Of a DNA stretch of 47,614 bases, positions 25,101 through 34,142 are shown piece after piece. The stretch's first letter is position 1; each line of letters opens with the position of its first letter. The position numbers were made by a program, and so were the translations under genes. The DNA is taken from IMG/VR virus record IMGVR_UViG_3300049183_000012, positions 1 through 47,614 of that record. One strand, written 5' to 3'. The notes under the pieces were generated by a model. That model was not told the DNA's origin. It made no database searches and saw only the letters and a list, made by a program, of their open reading frames with translations. The stretch comes from a virus (taxonomy: Duplodnaviria > Caudoviricetes).

Positions 25101-28100
25101 GCCAGCGGGTCGGTTTTCTTCTTCAGTTCGGCCGCGGCGCGGAACTCGCGGCGCGCGTCCACTTCTGCCGTGACCTGGGCCTCGACAGTTTTGCGGGCGG
25201 CTTTCGCTTCCTTCTGCAGCGCCTTCAGTGCACGGCTCTTTGCGTTCGACAGCCACCGCATGTCGCGGATGCTTCGCGCTTGCAGTCGGTCGATCGCTTC
25301 AGCGGTGGCCTCGCGGCCGAGCTCGTGGTAGCTGGCCGGGTCGACGCCGGCCTCTTCGAGGGTCTTCTCATCCTTGAACAGCGGCGCGTAGGCGCGGGCT
25401 GTTTCGGCTTCCTTGATCGCTTCCTCGCTCGCGAGCATGCGGTCGTAGACGCGCCGGATGTCGTCGTTCAGTTCGACGTTCAGCGCTTTGATGCTGCGGT
25501 AGATGCGGCGCATCCACTCGCTGAAGCGTTGGAACGTGCGGGCGAGCGCGGTACTCGGGGCCTTACCCTCGAACAGCCAGGCCTCGTAGCCGCGGGCGAA
25601 CTTCTCGTGAAACTCGCGCTGCTGGTCGAGCGTCATGCTGCGCCAGGTGTCGAGCGGGGTGGCCTTCGGCGTGACGGGTTCGGTCGGGGCAGGTTCGCTG
25701 CCGTCTTGGGACAGGATGCTCGGGTCGTTCGCATCGAACGTGCCGTCGTTGCCGGTAACCGACTTGATCTGCTCGGGATGGAAGGCAGCGATTTCCACGA
25801 TGCGCCCGTCGCCGGTCATGCCGAACACGCCGTCGAAGCCGTCGCCTTCCCACGCCCGCATTTGATCGACGGTGAACTCTTGCGATTCAATGCTGTCGAC
25901 GAATATCTTTGGATTTTGGATCGACAAATACGCCGGGATAACAAACGGGGAACCGCTGTCAATTTCACCGTCTGCGCGGGCGTGTTCGCTCGCCTCGGCT
26001 GCGCTCGGCGTGAAGTAAATGCCACCGATGCCACCACCGCGATCCGGTCGAAAGTCGGGGTTCTTACGGGCACTGCCGTGGTACACGACCAGCGGCTTGC
26101 CGTTCTCGTCCACGGCCTTGCTGTCGCCGAACCATTTCTTGAACGCCTCGGTCTGCGCCTGCTCGGCCGGGCCTTGCTGCAGTTCACCCGTCTTCGACCC
26201 TTCAGCCGCGACAGTCTCGCCACCCTTGATCCCGAACCACTCGAGCACCTTGTTCATGTCCTCGACCACGGTGGCCGGCGCGTCGGGCTGCGCGGTCATG
26301 TCGGCCAGCACTTCAAGGTAGAAGTGCCCGAGCTCGTGGTGGAAGGTCGACAGGTCGGCCTTCGCGAGCAGCGCGATCGTGTTGGTGCTCGGGGTGAACG
26401 TGCCTTTCGGGTCGCTGTCTTGATTCAGCGATTCGGTGCGCGGCTTGTTGATCACGCCCTTCGCGAGCAGCGACGCGACCATCTTGTCGCCCTGCTCGGT
26501 TTGCTTGCGGCCGGGCGCGATGTCGAAGCCCGCCTCGCGCGCTGCACGGTACATGCCTTCGGCGATGCCGGCGCCGCGGAAGATGCCCGCGACCATGGTG
26601 TTCTCGGCGGCGAGCGTGCCATCAGGCAGCACGCCGAAGTCGATGCGGCCGCGCCGCCCGCCCTCGAACATGGCCGACACGTTCACGCTCGGCGTGTCCT
26701 TGTTCAGGCCCAGCATTTCGCGGTTGATCTCGATCCCGAACTCGCGGCCCTGCTTGTCCTTGAACGCGCCCTTGTAGACCTGCTCGCCCTGGTCGAGCTT
26801 CTGCTGCGTGCCGGCCACGCCGGTCACGTTCAGCGGGTAGCGCTTCGCGAACTCGGCGACGCTCACACCCAGCCGCGCGGCCTGCGTCTCGTAGAGCGCA
26901 GCCACGCTGTCGGCATAGGCCTCGTTCACGCTGGGCGAGAACCGGCCGGCGAGCGACAACTGCTCGAACACCTGATCGCGCACGACCTTGCTTTCGGCGA
27001 CGGCTTCCTGCTGCGCCATCACCTTTTCGGTCTCGGCCTTGAGGTCGACCTTCGCCAGCAGCTTCGCGTCTTCCTGGCTCAGGGCGTCAGGCGACAGGCG
27101 GGCGTGCTTCACGAGCTGGGCTTCGAGCCCGCTGCCGGCGACGAGCGCGGTGAACTCGCCGATCGGCACGATGGCGTCGCCGCCGGCGGCCGCTGCCTCG
27201 GCGAGCTGCGCCTTCGTGCTGGGCAGCGCGGCCTCGATCTGCTCGGGCTTCATGCCCGATTGCGCGAGCGTTTCGACCAGTTTGCCGGCGTCGATGTAGA
27301 CCGCGCCCGGCACGCCGTGCTGATCGGCCGCGGCCTGCACCATGGACGCAAACGCCGTCGGGTCGCGCTCGCGCAGCTTGTCCTTGCCGGCCAGGTCGAG
27401 CAGACCCTGCAGTGCGTTCGCGTCCTGCTCGGTCTGCAGTTGCTTGCGCTCGGCGCGGTCGGCGACCTTCTGCACGGCCGCGCTTGCGCCCCCCATGGTG
27501 CCCGCCTGCACGAGCGTGGCGAGCAGGGTCTGATAGGCGGCGCCCGGACGCTCCCGCAGGTACTCGCCCCAGGTCTTGTCAGGGTTCGCGACGGCGGTGT
27601 CGATGGCGTCCTGCAGGATCGTCGCGACCTGTTCGCTCGGCACTTCGCGCAGCAGCATGCCGGCGAGGAACTGCTTCGCGCCGGCCTTGCCGAACTTGTC
27701 GACGACGAACCCCATCGGGATTTTCTCGGTCAGTACCTCGACGGCGCCCTCGCCGACACCGCCGACCAGCGCCTCGCCAGCGCTCGCGCCGCGCGAACGG
27801 TATTTGCCGTAGGCCTCGGATTCGGTCTGCAGGCCCATGGCCGTCAGGCCGATCGTGGGGTTGCGCGAAATGATCGACAGGGCGAGCGGCGGCAACGCGC
27901 TGATCGTGGACGACACGCCGCCGTAGATGCCCTTGGCAGTGTCGCTCTTGAACTCGGGTGTGGACATGCCCACGTCGGAGCCCGCCTGCTGGTAGCGGCG
28001 AGCCAGTTCGGCGCGGCGCACCGGGTCGGGTGTGAAACCCAGCTTTTCGGCCAGGTCGCTGATCTGCATCGACATGCCGATGTCGGCCTGCTTGGTGCGC

Positions 28101-28570
28101 CCCTTGACGCTTTCCCACACGCCGCTCAGGTACGAGCCGAGCGTCGGATCGGGCCCGCGAGCTGCGCGGATTTCGCCGGTCACGCGGATGTGCTTCTCGA
28201 TCTCGCCCAGGCTTTCGACGCTGTCGTGCGCCACCTGAGCGAACGGGAGGTCGCGCATCTTCGCGGCCAGGGCCGGCGACAGCCCCATGATCCGGTTCGC
28301 GCGCTCGGCGGCGTCGTCCTGCTTGACCTGCGGCAGGTTGCGCAGCACCACGTCGGGCGGCAGGCCGCGCGAGGCGGCGAGCTTGTTGGCCTGCGCGGCC
28401 TCGTCGGGGTTCACCTGCACGGCGGTGCGCAGCGACGCCTGCCGGCGCGCCTTGTCCATGCTGATCACGCCGCTCACGGCATCGTCGATCGGGTCGGCGG
28501 CCACGGCATCGACGCGCGCCTTGTCGGCGGTCTTGAGCGTCTGCTCGATCGCGCTGTCGAGCTCGTCCAT
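22139..28570 (-). CDS. Large internal virion (ejection) protein, polyvalent: GNAT-like, zincin HExxH and ADP-ribosyltransferase-like domains
   Basis: About 2143 aa; last and largest ejection gene; FRGAGIAEGMY, FHHELGH, and VVYHGS...GIYFT...YLSIQNP...GFDGV motifs. Confidence 0.8.
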   Translation of the reverse strand: MDELDSAIEQTLKTADKARVDAVAADPIDDAVSGVISMDKARRQASLRTAVQVNPDEAAQANKLAASRGLPPDVVLRNLPQVKQDDAAERANRIMGLSPALAAKMRDLPFAQVAHDSVESLGEIEKHIRVTGEIRAARGPDPTLGSYLSGVWESVKGRTKQADIGMSMQISDLAEKLGFTPDPVRRAELARRYQQAGSDVGMSTPEFKSDTAKGIYGGVSSTISALPPLALSIISRNPTIGLTAMGLQTESEAYGKYRSRGASAGEALVGGVGEGAVEVLTEKIPMGFVVDKFGKAGAKQFLAGMLLREVPSEQVATILQDAIDTAVANPDKTWGEYLRERPGAAYQTLLATLVQAGTMGGASAAVQKVADRAERKQLQTEQDANALQGLLDLAGKDKLRERDPTAFASMVQAAADQHGVPGAVYIDAGKLVETLAQSGMKPEQIEAALPSTKAQLAEAAAAGGDAIVPIGEFTALVAGSGLEAQLVKHARLSPDALSQEDAKLLAKVDLKAETEKVMAQQEAVAESKVVRDQVFEQLSLAGRFSPSVNEAYADSVAALYETQAARLGVSVAEFAKRYPLNVTGVAGTQQKLDQGEQVYKGAFKDKQGREFGIEINREMLGLNKDTPSVNVSAMFEGGRRGRIDFGVLPDGTLAAENTMVAGIFRGAGIAEGMYRAAREAGFDIAPGRKQTEQGDKMVASLLAKGVINKPRTESLNQDSDPKGTFTPSTNTIALLAKADLSTFHHELGHFYLEVLADMTAQPDAPATVVEDMNKVLEWFGIKGGETVAAEGSKTGELQQGPAEQAQTEAFKKWFGDSKAVDENGKPLVVYHGSARKNPDFRPDRGGGIGGIYFTPSAAEASEHARADGEIDSGSPFVIPAYLSIQNPKIFVDSIESQEFTVDQMRAWEGDGFDGVFGMTGDGRIVEIAAFHPEQIKSVTGNDGTFDANDPSILSQDGSEPAPTEPVTPKATPLDTWRSMTLDQQREFHEKFARGYEAWLFEGKAPSTALARTFQRFSEWMRRIYRSIKALNVELNDDIRRVYDRMLASEEAIKEAETARAYAPLFKDEKTLEEAGVDPASYHELGREATAEAIDRLQARSIRDMRWLSNAKSRALKALQKEAKAARKTVEAQVTAEVDARREFRAAAELKKKTDPLAVVDAFGFDSIEQMEKAIAAAGSRKDVIEGLTDQRMLEEHGELSSPEAIERAAEQAIHNEARGKFIATELAALDKALGPARVLVAAAKQFATAVLGKKKITDIKPHVFTAAETRAAKLAEKLIGKVEEAATAKRNQLLNHYAARYAHDAVGEIERIREFFARVANTPDDRLKSRDMDVVNAARAILAAYGVGRKGEAAAEYLKKVAAYDPEMSQVLQGSVDAALANAKPLAELTLDELRALNDEVASLWHLAKRSRQMEIDGDLLDREEVQDQLKARLDEIGIPDRIPGEGSAVTPAEEKVAKLKTYLASARRTEAWVEAMDGKPTGGFRSFIWQPVKEAADAYRTDKAALLKKYRALLDTIAPTLRKRIVEAPELGYSFGKDTGGVALNEILHALLHTGNSSNKKKLLLGRKWATELPDGSLDTSRWDAFVHRMVDEGVLTKAHFDFVQGVWDLLEETKPLAQKTHRDVFGKYFAEITAEPVATPFGEYRGGYVPAQADPRVVSDAKTRALMEDENASMAFAFPATAKGFTKSRVEYNRPLTLDLGTLAQHLDRVLLFSHMERPIRDVRRVLTSKGVAYGVNRIDPAAFDAIISPWLNRAARQVVTTPSPGHWQSWRLWSTLRNRAGMAAMFGNVVNAAQQITGFSIAAVKVKPKYMLGAMAHYVTNPRQMANDVAEASPYMEGRMRNEVAAMNDQIKDILIDPGLYERTQQWTMRHAYFMQSAVDNVMSPIIWTAARNQALEQGQSEKEATRFADATVRQTQGSTLPEDISNWEAGSSFSRMFSQFAGYFNMQANLLGTEFQTIARDMGLRKGAGRGLYVTLMAFLIPAWTSELIVQAFRGGPEDEDKDGEYLDDWLQAVFGMATLRGAAAMVPIFGQAASAVVNAMNDKPYDDRLATSPAISMIEAAFKSPVSLYKAMFEDGDKSKAVKDVASLISLFTGIPANIAARPASYMVDVAEGDVQPTGPVDAARGAVTGRASPDSKR

Positions 28571-30231
28571 CACAGGCCTTTCCAGCGGCGGAATGCTTCG
28601 TTGATCTGTTCGTCGGTGGGCTTGGCGACGCCGGCTTTCTTGAAGCGCTCGACCAGCACCTTGCGGTCCTCGCTCGTCGGCTCGGCCTTCGCGCGTTCCT
28701 CGGGCGTCATCTGGTACACGCGCTTCGTCGTGTCCCACACCATGCCGGGGCTCGACACGGCCTTCATGATCTGGCGGTCGATCACCTTCTGCCGCTCGTC
28801 GTAGGTGAGCGGCGTCTTGTTGTCACGGCCTGCCTGCTCGGCGGTCAGCGCGTCGTAGATTGCCTTGCGGGCCGCGGCCTGCTCTGGCGTGTTCGCGCGC
28901 AGCGCCAGGCCGTCGAGCGCCACGTCGACCTGCTGCGAGACGCTGACGATTTCCTTGTGCGGCTTCTCGTCGCCGCTGCGCAGCTTGCGTTGCAGGTTGC
29001 CGAACTCCTGCAGGTCGCCGCCTGAAATTTTGTCGGCCACGCGGCCGAGGTCGAACGCGACGAACGCCTTGGGGTCGTCGGTTGCCATGCGGTTCAGCTT
29101 GTTCCACGTCGTGAAATCGGTCTTGATCGGCTTGCCTTCGGCCGCCGCACGGCGGGCCTTTTCTTCGGCCTCGCGCTTCTCGATGATCGCGGCCTTGTGG
29201 CCGTCGTCCATCTGGTTCCACACGGCATTCGGCACACGCTGGCCCTGCACGGTGTGCAGCAGCGCGGTCTCGTAGGCGGTCTGCGAGATCGCCTGCTTGC
29301 CGGCCTTGTCGGTGGTGTAGCGGCTGGTGTATTCGGCCTTGACGGCTTTCTCTTTCTCGCCGGTGTAGGTAGCCTCGATGTGCTTCATCGCCGCCGGCAG
29401 GTCGTCGCCGAACTTGGTTCGCAGTTCGTCCACGGCGGTCTGTGCTTCGGTCAGCACGCTGCTGCGTTCGAGCGTCTTCTCGATCACGGCGCGGGACGTG
29501 CCGTCGATCTCTTTCTTGTGGGTGTAGTAGTAGGCCTTCGCGCGGTCGAGGTCGTCGGGGTTGCTGCTGTCGGCCAGGCGCGTGACCACGCCCTTGTGCA
29601 TCATCGTCAGCGCTTCGGCGAGCTTGCGCTCGCGCACCTCGGGCGTGTCGCCGGCGAGGTTGCTGGTGATGTTGACGGCCTCGGTGATCTCTTTGCGCGA
29701 GTTCGCGACGCGCTCGTCGGTCGGGTCGGCGGTGGCCGTCTGGATGGCCGTGCCAATGCGTGCGGTCGACGACTCCTTCAGCGACTCGTTCGACTGGTGC
29801 TGCTCGTGACGCGCCAGCGTGCTCGAGCTCGCGATGCGCAATTGCGTCGCGCTGCGCTTGAACGCGAAGGCCTGCCGCTCGGTCAGCCCTTCGCCGTATT
29901 TCTTCTCGGCCTCGCCCCACCACTGCGCCGCGCGCTCGCCGGCGCCCTTGGCGTTCGCACCGTACTTGCCGAGCTCGTCGCGCTCGAACTTCAGGTAGTC
30001 CTCTTTGAGCCCGGTCTCGGCCCGGAAGACGCTGTCGAGGTCGTCGCGGTTCTGCTCTTTCCGGCGCATGTCGAGGTAGGCGTCGGCGACCTGCGCCACC
30101 TGGCCGATCTGGCGGGCCTGCACCGCGGCTGCACCGCCGAGCCCGGCGGGCGTCGACTGGTAGGCCGAACGCGAGTCAACCCCCTGCGGGGCGACGCTCG
30201 GTCCTTCGACGGTGGGCAGGCGCATCGCCAT
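28570..30231 (-). CDS. Internal virion (ejection) protein
   Basis: Helical, Ala/Glu/Lys-rich; syntenic between the small and large ejection genes. Confidence 0.75.
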   Translation of the reverse strand: MAMRLPTVEGPSVAPQGVDSRSAYQSTPAGLGGAAAVQARQIGQVAQVADAYLDMRRKEQNRDDLDSVFRAETGLKEDYLKFERDELGKYGANAKGAGERAAQWWGEAEKKYGEGLTERQAFAFKRSATQLRIASSSTLARHEQHQSNESLKESSTARIGTAIQTATADPTDERVANSRKEITEAVNITSNLAGDTPEVRERKLAEALTMMHKGVVTRLADSSNPDDLDRAKAYYYTHKKEIDGTSRAVIEKTLERSSVLTEAQTAVDELRTKFGDDLPAAMKHIEATYTGEKEKAVKAEYTSRYTTDKAGKQAISQTAYETALLHTVQGQRVPNAVWNQMDDGHKAAIIEKREAEEKARRAAAEGKPIKTDFTTWNKLNRMATDDPKAFVAFDLGRVADKISGGDLQEFGNLQRKLRSGDEKPHKEIVSVSQQVDVALDGLALRANTPEQAAARKAIYDALTAEQAGRDNKTPLTYDERQKVIDRQIMKAVSSPGMVWDTTKRVYQMTPEERAKAEPTSEDRKVLVERFKKAGVAKPTDEQINEAFRRWKGL

Positions 30232-30232
30232 G

Positions 30233-30769
30233 TCAGCCGTACCACCGAGACGAGACGCTGCCGCTGTCGGTCAGCATCGTGTCGCGCGGGCGCCCGCCCT
30301 GCCGCGACTGATAGCCGAAGTAGGCGCTCGTGCCGGCCAGTGCGCCCGACACGTAGGGGTTCTCGGCGTCGGCTGTGGCGCCCAGGTAAGCGGCGTCACC
30401 GGCGAAGTTGTTGGCCCGCACCTGATACCCGTAGGCCTCGCGCGCCGCGTTGGCACGTGTCGTGCGCTGGTCGTAGTCGCCGAAGAAGTCGGTGTCGGTC
30501 AGGATCGCGTTGGCCGAGCCCTCGCTCACGTCGAGCCCGCGCGCCGCGAGGCTCGCCGTCTGCGTGCCCTGCAGCGCCGCGTACTTGCGGCGCACTGCCG
30601 CGGCGGCCACGTCGCCGCGCTCTTTCGCGTCGGCGGCCTGCCACTCGGCGACCTTCTGGTTGTTGGCCGCGACCTGGGATTGGTATTCCGCCTGCTGCTT
30701 GTTCGCCTGCGATTGCTGGTACGCACCAACAGCGGCAATCGCAATCGGGATGATCGCCATCCAGCACAT
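30233..30769 (-). CDS. Small internal virion protein (T7 gp14-like position)
   Basis: MC start, hydrophobic N-terminus, Q/A-rich helix, AARGLDVSEGS. Confidence 0.75.
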   Translation of the reverse strand: MCWMAIIPIAIAAVGAYQQSQANKQQAEYQSQVAANNQKVAEWQAADAKERGDVAAAAVRRKYAALQGTQTASLAARGLDVSEGSANAILTDTDFFGDYDQRTTRANAAREAYGYQVRANNFAGDAAYLGATADAENPYVSGALAGTSAYFGYQSRQGGRPRDTMLTDSGSVSSRWYG

Positions 30770-30771
30770 GA

Positions 30772-31239
30772 TCAGGCGCTCAGAAAGAAGGGGTGAAACG
30801 GCAAACCTGCAGCGCCGGTCGGTGCCGCAGGCAGGATCGTGAAGCCCATGCGCTTCAGATACGCGATCGACTTGACGTTGCGCGCGTCCACCACGTTCAC
30901 GAGCTGCGGACAGAGGGCCAGCATCCGCGAAATGTAGGGCCGGCTGGCCCGGATAAATGCACCCGGGTGCCGGTCCACCAGCCCGGTGCCGATCATCCAC
31001 GGCACGCCCTGGTCGCCCAGCAGCGAGATCGGCGCCATGCCGAACAGGCACATGAGGCCTTTGCCCGGCACCTCGGCCGCCCATGCGGCGACCGAGCGCT
31101 GCAGGCTGGTCTCGAGCATCTGCCGGGCGTGGCCCGGCCCGAACAGGGCGTCGCACTCGGCAAGGTCTGCCGGGCGGATGCCGGCGAGCAGTTCGTCGAG
31201 GTCGTCGAGACGCGCCTCGCGGATGTCGAGCTTAGCCAC
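30772..31239 (-). CDS. GNAT-fold protein (T7 gp13 / DUF2833-like)
   Basis: IRPADLAEC, PWMIGT, LVNVVDARN..SIAYLKRMGF. Confidence 0.8.
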   Translation of the reverse strand: MAKLDIREARLDDLDELLAGIRPADLAECDALFGPGHARQMLETSLQRSVAAWAAEVPGKGLMCLFGMAPISLLGDQGVPWMIGTGLVDRHPGAFIRASRPYISRMLALCPQLVNVVDARNVKSIAYLKRMGFTILPAAPTGAAGLPFHPFFLSA

Positions 31240-33541
31240 CGCTCACCACGTCGAGCACCAGCGCGACCACTGTCACCGGCAGCGGGTCGGTCTGCTCGAT
31301 CTCGATCGCGCCGTCGTCATCCCATTGCGGCGCGATGTTCACGTGTTTCCAGCCGTTCATCATCGCGGGCGGCGAGCCGTAGGGCTCGGTCGTGCGCTGG
31401 CGGATCGGCACGAGGTTGCCATCGGCCGGGCCGATCGAGACCTGGCTGCTGTCGACGAGACGCACATGCGCCTTGCTCACGTTCTTGATCAGCCCCTGGC
31501 CGAAGCCGTCGGCCTGCCACGACAGCGGCAGCGTCTTCAGGTTCGACGTGATCGGCAGGCCGACGTGAATCTTGCTGCATGCCGCCGGCAGCGGGTCGGG
31601 CAGCGCACCGTCGTCGCCCACCACCTGCTGCGGGCACACCGCACCGTCGGCCAGGATGCTCACGGTCTTGCCGATCAGGTGCCACAGACCGCTGACCGTC
31701 GTGGTCGGCGTGCCGTCGTAGGTCAGGCCCGAGTCGACGAAGAAGGCGTCTTCGAGGTCGCCGAACTGGCGGGTGTGCAGCCGCTCGACATAGACCACGT
31801 CGCGGCCGTCGATCTCGCGGCGGATGGCGGCGTAGAGCACGTCCTCGCCGCCCTCGGTCACACAGCACACCGACTCGAACGCGCCGTCGGTGTCGTGCTG
31901 GTGCCAGGCCCGCACCATCTGGCCCGGCACGTAGGTCATGCCCAGCAGTTGCCCGTCGCTGCGCACCGCCCACAGGGTCGGGCACTTGGCCGTGCGGCTG
32001 TAGGCAAGGTCGACGATGTCGTAGCCGTCGAAGAGGTGCGGCGCGAGGATGCTGACATCGTTGGTCTTGTAGAGCGCGCCATTGATGCCGTCGCCCGCGA
32101 AGACGAACTCGCGGATATGACCGCCCTGTCCTTGGACATAGAGCACGCTGTTCTCGGCCACGGCCGGCTGCACGTTGTTGGCGCCGACGTAGCTCTGCGG
32201 CTTGGGCGTCACGCTCGACGGCGTCAACGCCTCGCTGCCCGACGCGTAGATGCGGAACTCGCCGCCGGCGGTGATGGCGATCAGGTCGCCCAACGGCACG
32301 AGGTGGCGCACCCGGTTCTGCTGGCTGGCCGCGATGCGGAAGATGATGGCGTCGTTGTCGCGAACCGGCACCGACTGCGTCATGTTCGACTCGGTCGCGC
32401 TGCGCGTCATCCAGATGTGCTGCGGCCGGTTGTCGGTGGCGGCGAAGCAGCGGCGCTGCTCCATGTAGGTCACGGTGCTCGGGTAGTCGCCCGGCGCCGC
32501 GAACGGATCGTTCGCCTCGGGCGGCGTCTGCGACATGTCGGGGATGATGTTGTCGTCCTCGAACATCGTGCCGTCGCTCTGCCCGATGTAGCCGTAGAGG
32601 CCGCCGTTCGCGAGCTTGTAGACGTTGTAGCGGATCGCGCCCGCCACGGCCGCCGGCGTGACCTCGTTCTTGTTGCCGCTGACGGTGAGGTCGTTGCTCA
32701 GGGTCAGCGTCGGCGATGCGAGCGATTCTTCGAAGTTGTCGCCGCTGATCGCCGTGGTCACGTAAACGTGGTCGATCGGCGTGCCGGCACCGCCGCTCGT
32801 GTCGGCTGCGCCGGTCGGGATCGCGGGCGTCGCCATGCCCGGTTCGAAGTCGATCACGTCGAGCGACCAGTTCGTCGCGCCCAGGCGGCGCAGCTCGCGC
32901 GGCTCGAAGTTCGGGTGCGTGATCGTCAACACGTCGGCCGACTGCGTGTAGTGCAGGTCGCGCAGCACGCTGGCGCCGTAGGGCGTGGTCACTTCGTAGA
33001 CCCGCGCGAACGTCGTGTTGTACAACGGCATCGGGATGCTCGTCGTGTCGATCGCGTTGCCGGCCAGGTCGGTCAGCGTGAACGTGTTGGCGGTCACGTT
33101 CTGCACGATCAGAAAGCGACCGTACAGCGCCCACGTGTCGCTGACAGCGGTGCTGAACACCGTGTCGCCGTTCGACCAGCCGTGCGCGTTGATCGTGAAG
33201 ACGCCCGGGTTCGCCTGCGTTAGGGTGGTGAGCACCTGCGCCGTTTCGAGCAGCGTGGCGCCGGCGGTGTGGAACCGCACCTTGAGTTCGGTGAATTCGA
33301 GCACCATCGTCTGGTCGACGCTGTAGCTGAACGGGATCAGCCGCACGGTGTCGTTGCGGCGTGCTTCGAGCACGTAGCTGAAGCCCGACCGGTTGGCCGC
33401 CGGCCCGTGCGGCAGCACGATGAAATTCAGCGCGCGGGCAAGGCCCGTCTGCATCTTGTCGAGGTCGATGCGGCCGTAGAGCTCGGGGGTGATCTCACCC
33501 CCGGCAAACGACCGCATCAGCGGCTTGTGCATGCCGGCCAT
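31232..33541 (-). CDS. Tail tubular protein B / nozzle
   Basis: SFAGGEITPELYGRIDL, RLIPF, QSADVL, YPS, AWHQH, FVDSG. Confidence 0.9.
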   Translation of the reverse strand: MAGMHKPLMRSFAGGEITPELYGRIDLDKMQTGLARALNFIVLPHGPAANRSGFSYVLEARRNDTVRLIPFSYSVDQTMVLEFTELKVRFHTAGATLLETAQVLTTLTQANPGVFTINAHGWSNGDTVFSTAVSDTWALYGRFLIVQNVTANTFTLTDLAGNAIDTTSIPMPLYNTTFARVYEVTTPYGASVLRDLHYTQSADVLTITHPNFEPRELRRLGATNWSLDVIDFEPGMATPAIPTGAADTSGGAGTPIDHVYVTTAISGDNFEESLASPTLTLSNDLTVSGNKNEVTPAAVAGAIRYNVYKLANGGLYGYIGQSDGTMFEDDNIIPDMSQTPPEANDPFAAPGDYPSTVTYMEQRRCFAATDNRPQHIWMTRSATESNMTQSVPVRDNDAIIFRIAASQQNRVRHLVPLGDLIAITAGGEFRIYASGSEALTPSSVTPKPQSYVGANNVQPAVAENSVLYVQGQGGHIREFVFAGDGINGALYKTNDVSILAPHLFDGYDIVDLAYSRTAKCPTLWAVRSDGQLLGMTYVPGQMVRAWHQHDTDGAFESVCCVTEGGEDVLYAAIRREIDGRDVVYVERLHTRQFGDLEDAFFVDSGLTYDGTPTTTVSGLWHLIGKTVSILADGAVCPQQVVGDDGALPDPLPAACSKIHVGLPITSNLKTLPLSWQADGFGQGLIKNVSKAHVRLVDSSQVSIGPADGNLVPIRQRTTEPYGSPPAMMNGWKHVNIAPQWDDDGAIEIEQTDPLPVTVVALVLDVVSGG

Positions 33542-33542
33542 G

Positions 33543-34133
33543 TCAGCGCGTCCCCGCCGCGGTCGACGTGTGCGTCGCGCGCTTGCGTTCGCTGTTGGCG
33601 TCGGCGACCTTGGCCTCGCCGAGTTTGCGGTCGGCACGGTCGGACATCAGCGCCTGCGTGCGGCCGGTCGGGTCTTTGGTGATCGGACCGACGACGTAGG
33701 CCGCCAGCTTCATCGACAGGGCCGTCGTGAAGAGGCCCGAGAACTTCGTCGTGTCGGTCAGCCGGTAGGTGTAGATGAGCGTCGCGTCGACCTCGTCGGT
33801 GTAGATGAAGCTGCCCTCGCGCTGATAGTCGGCGCCGTCGTTCTGGTCGTCGCTGTACCCATCGGGCAGCAGGCGGCGCGGCATGGCGAGATCAGAAGGC
33901 ACCGCGTACTTGTAGGCGAAGTCGTCGCGGTCGTTCGTCACCTCGGCCAGCGTGGCGCGCTTGCGGGCGAACGTCCAGTCGTGGCACTCGAGCAGTTCGG
34001 CCAGGGCGATCGGGTAGAACCGCGCGCAGGCGTCGGCTTCGACGCTGCCGTCCGACGGGTCGATCGACGAAATGTTCGCGTCCTGGCCGAAGTGGCTCAG
34101 GGCCAGGTTGCAGATGTCAACTTTCGAGGCCAT
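33543..34133 (-). CDS. Tail tubular protein A / adaptor
   Basis: MASKVDICNLAL, HDWTFARKR, YAVPSD. Confidence 0.88.
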   Translation of the reverse strand: MASKVDICNLALSHFGQDANISSIDPSDGSVEADACARFYPIALAELLECHDWTFARKRATLAEVTNDRDDFAYKYAVPSDLAMPRRLLPDGYSDDQNDGADYQREGSFIYTDEVDATLIYTYRLTDTTKFSGLFTTALSMKLAAYVVGPITKDPTGRTQALMSDRADRKLGEAKVADANSERKRATHTSTAAGTR

Positions 34134-34142
34134 GGTCGTCTT

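Noticed and set aside
20591-28804. Very long plus-strand ORFs (1434 aa and 1291 aa)
   Set aside because: They are antisense shadows of the real minus-strand genes, expected in high-GC DNA, and have no recognisable motifs.
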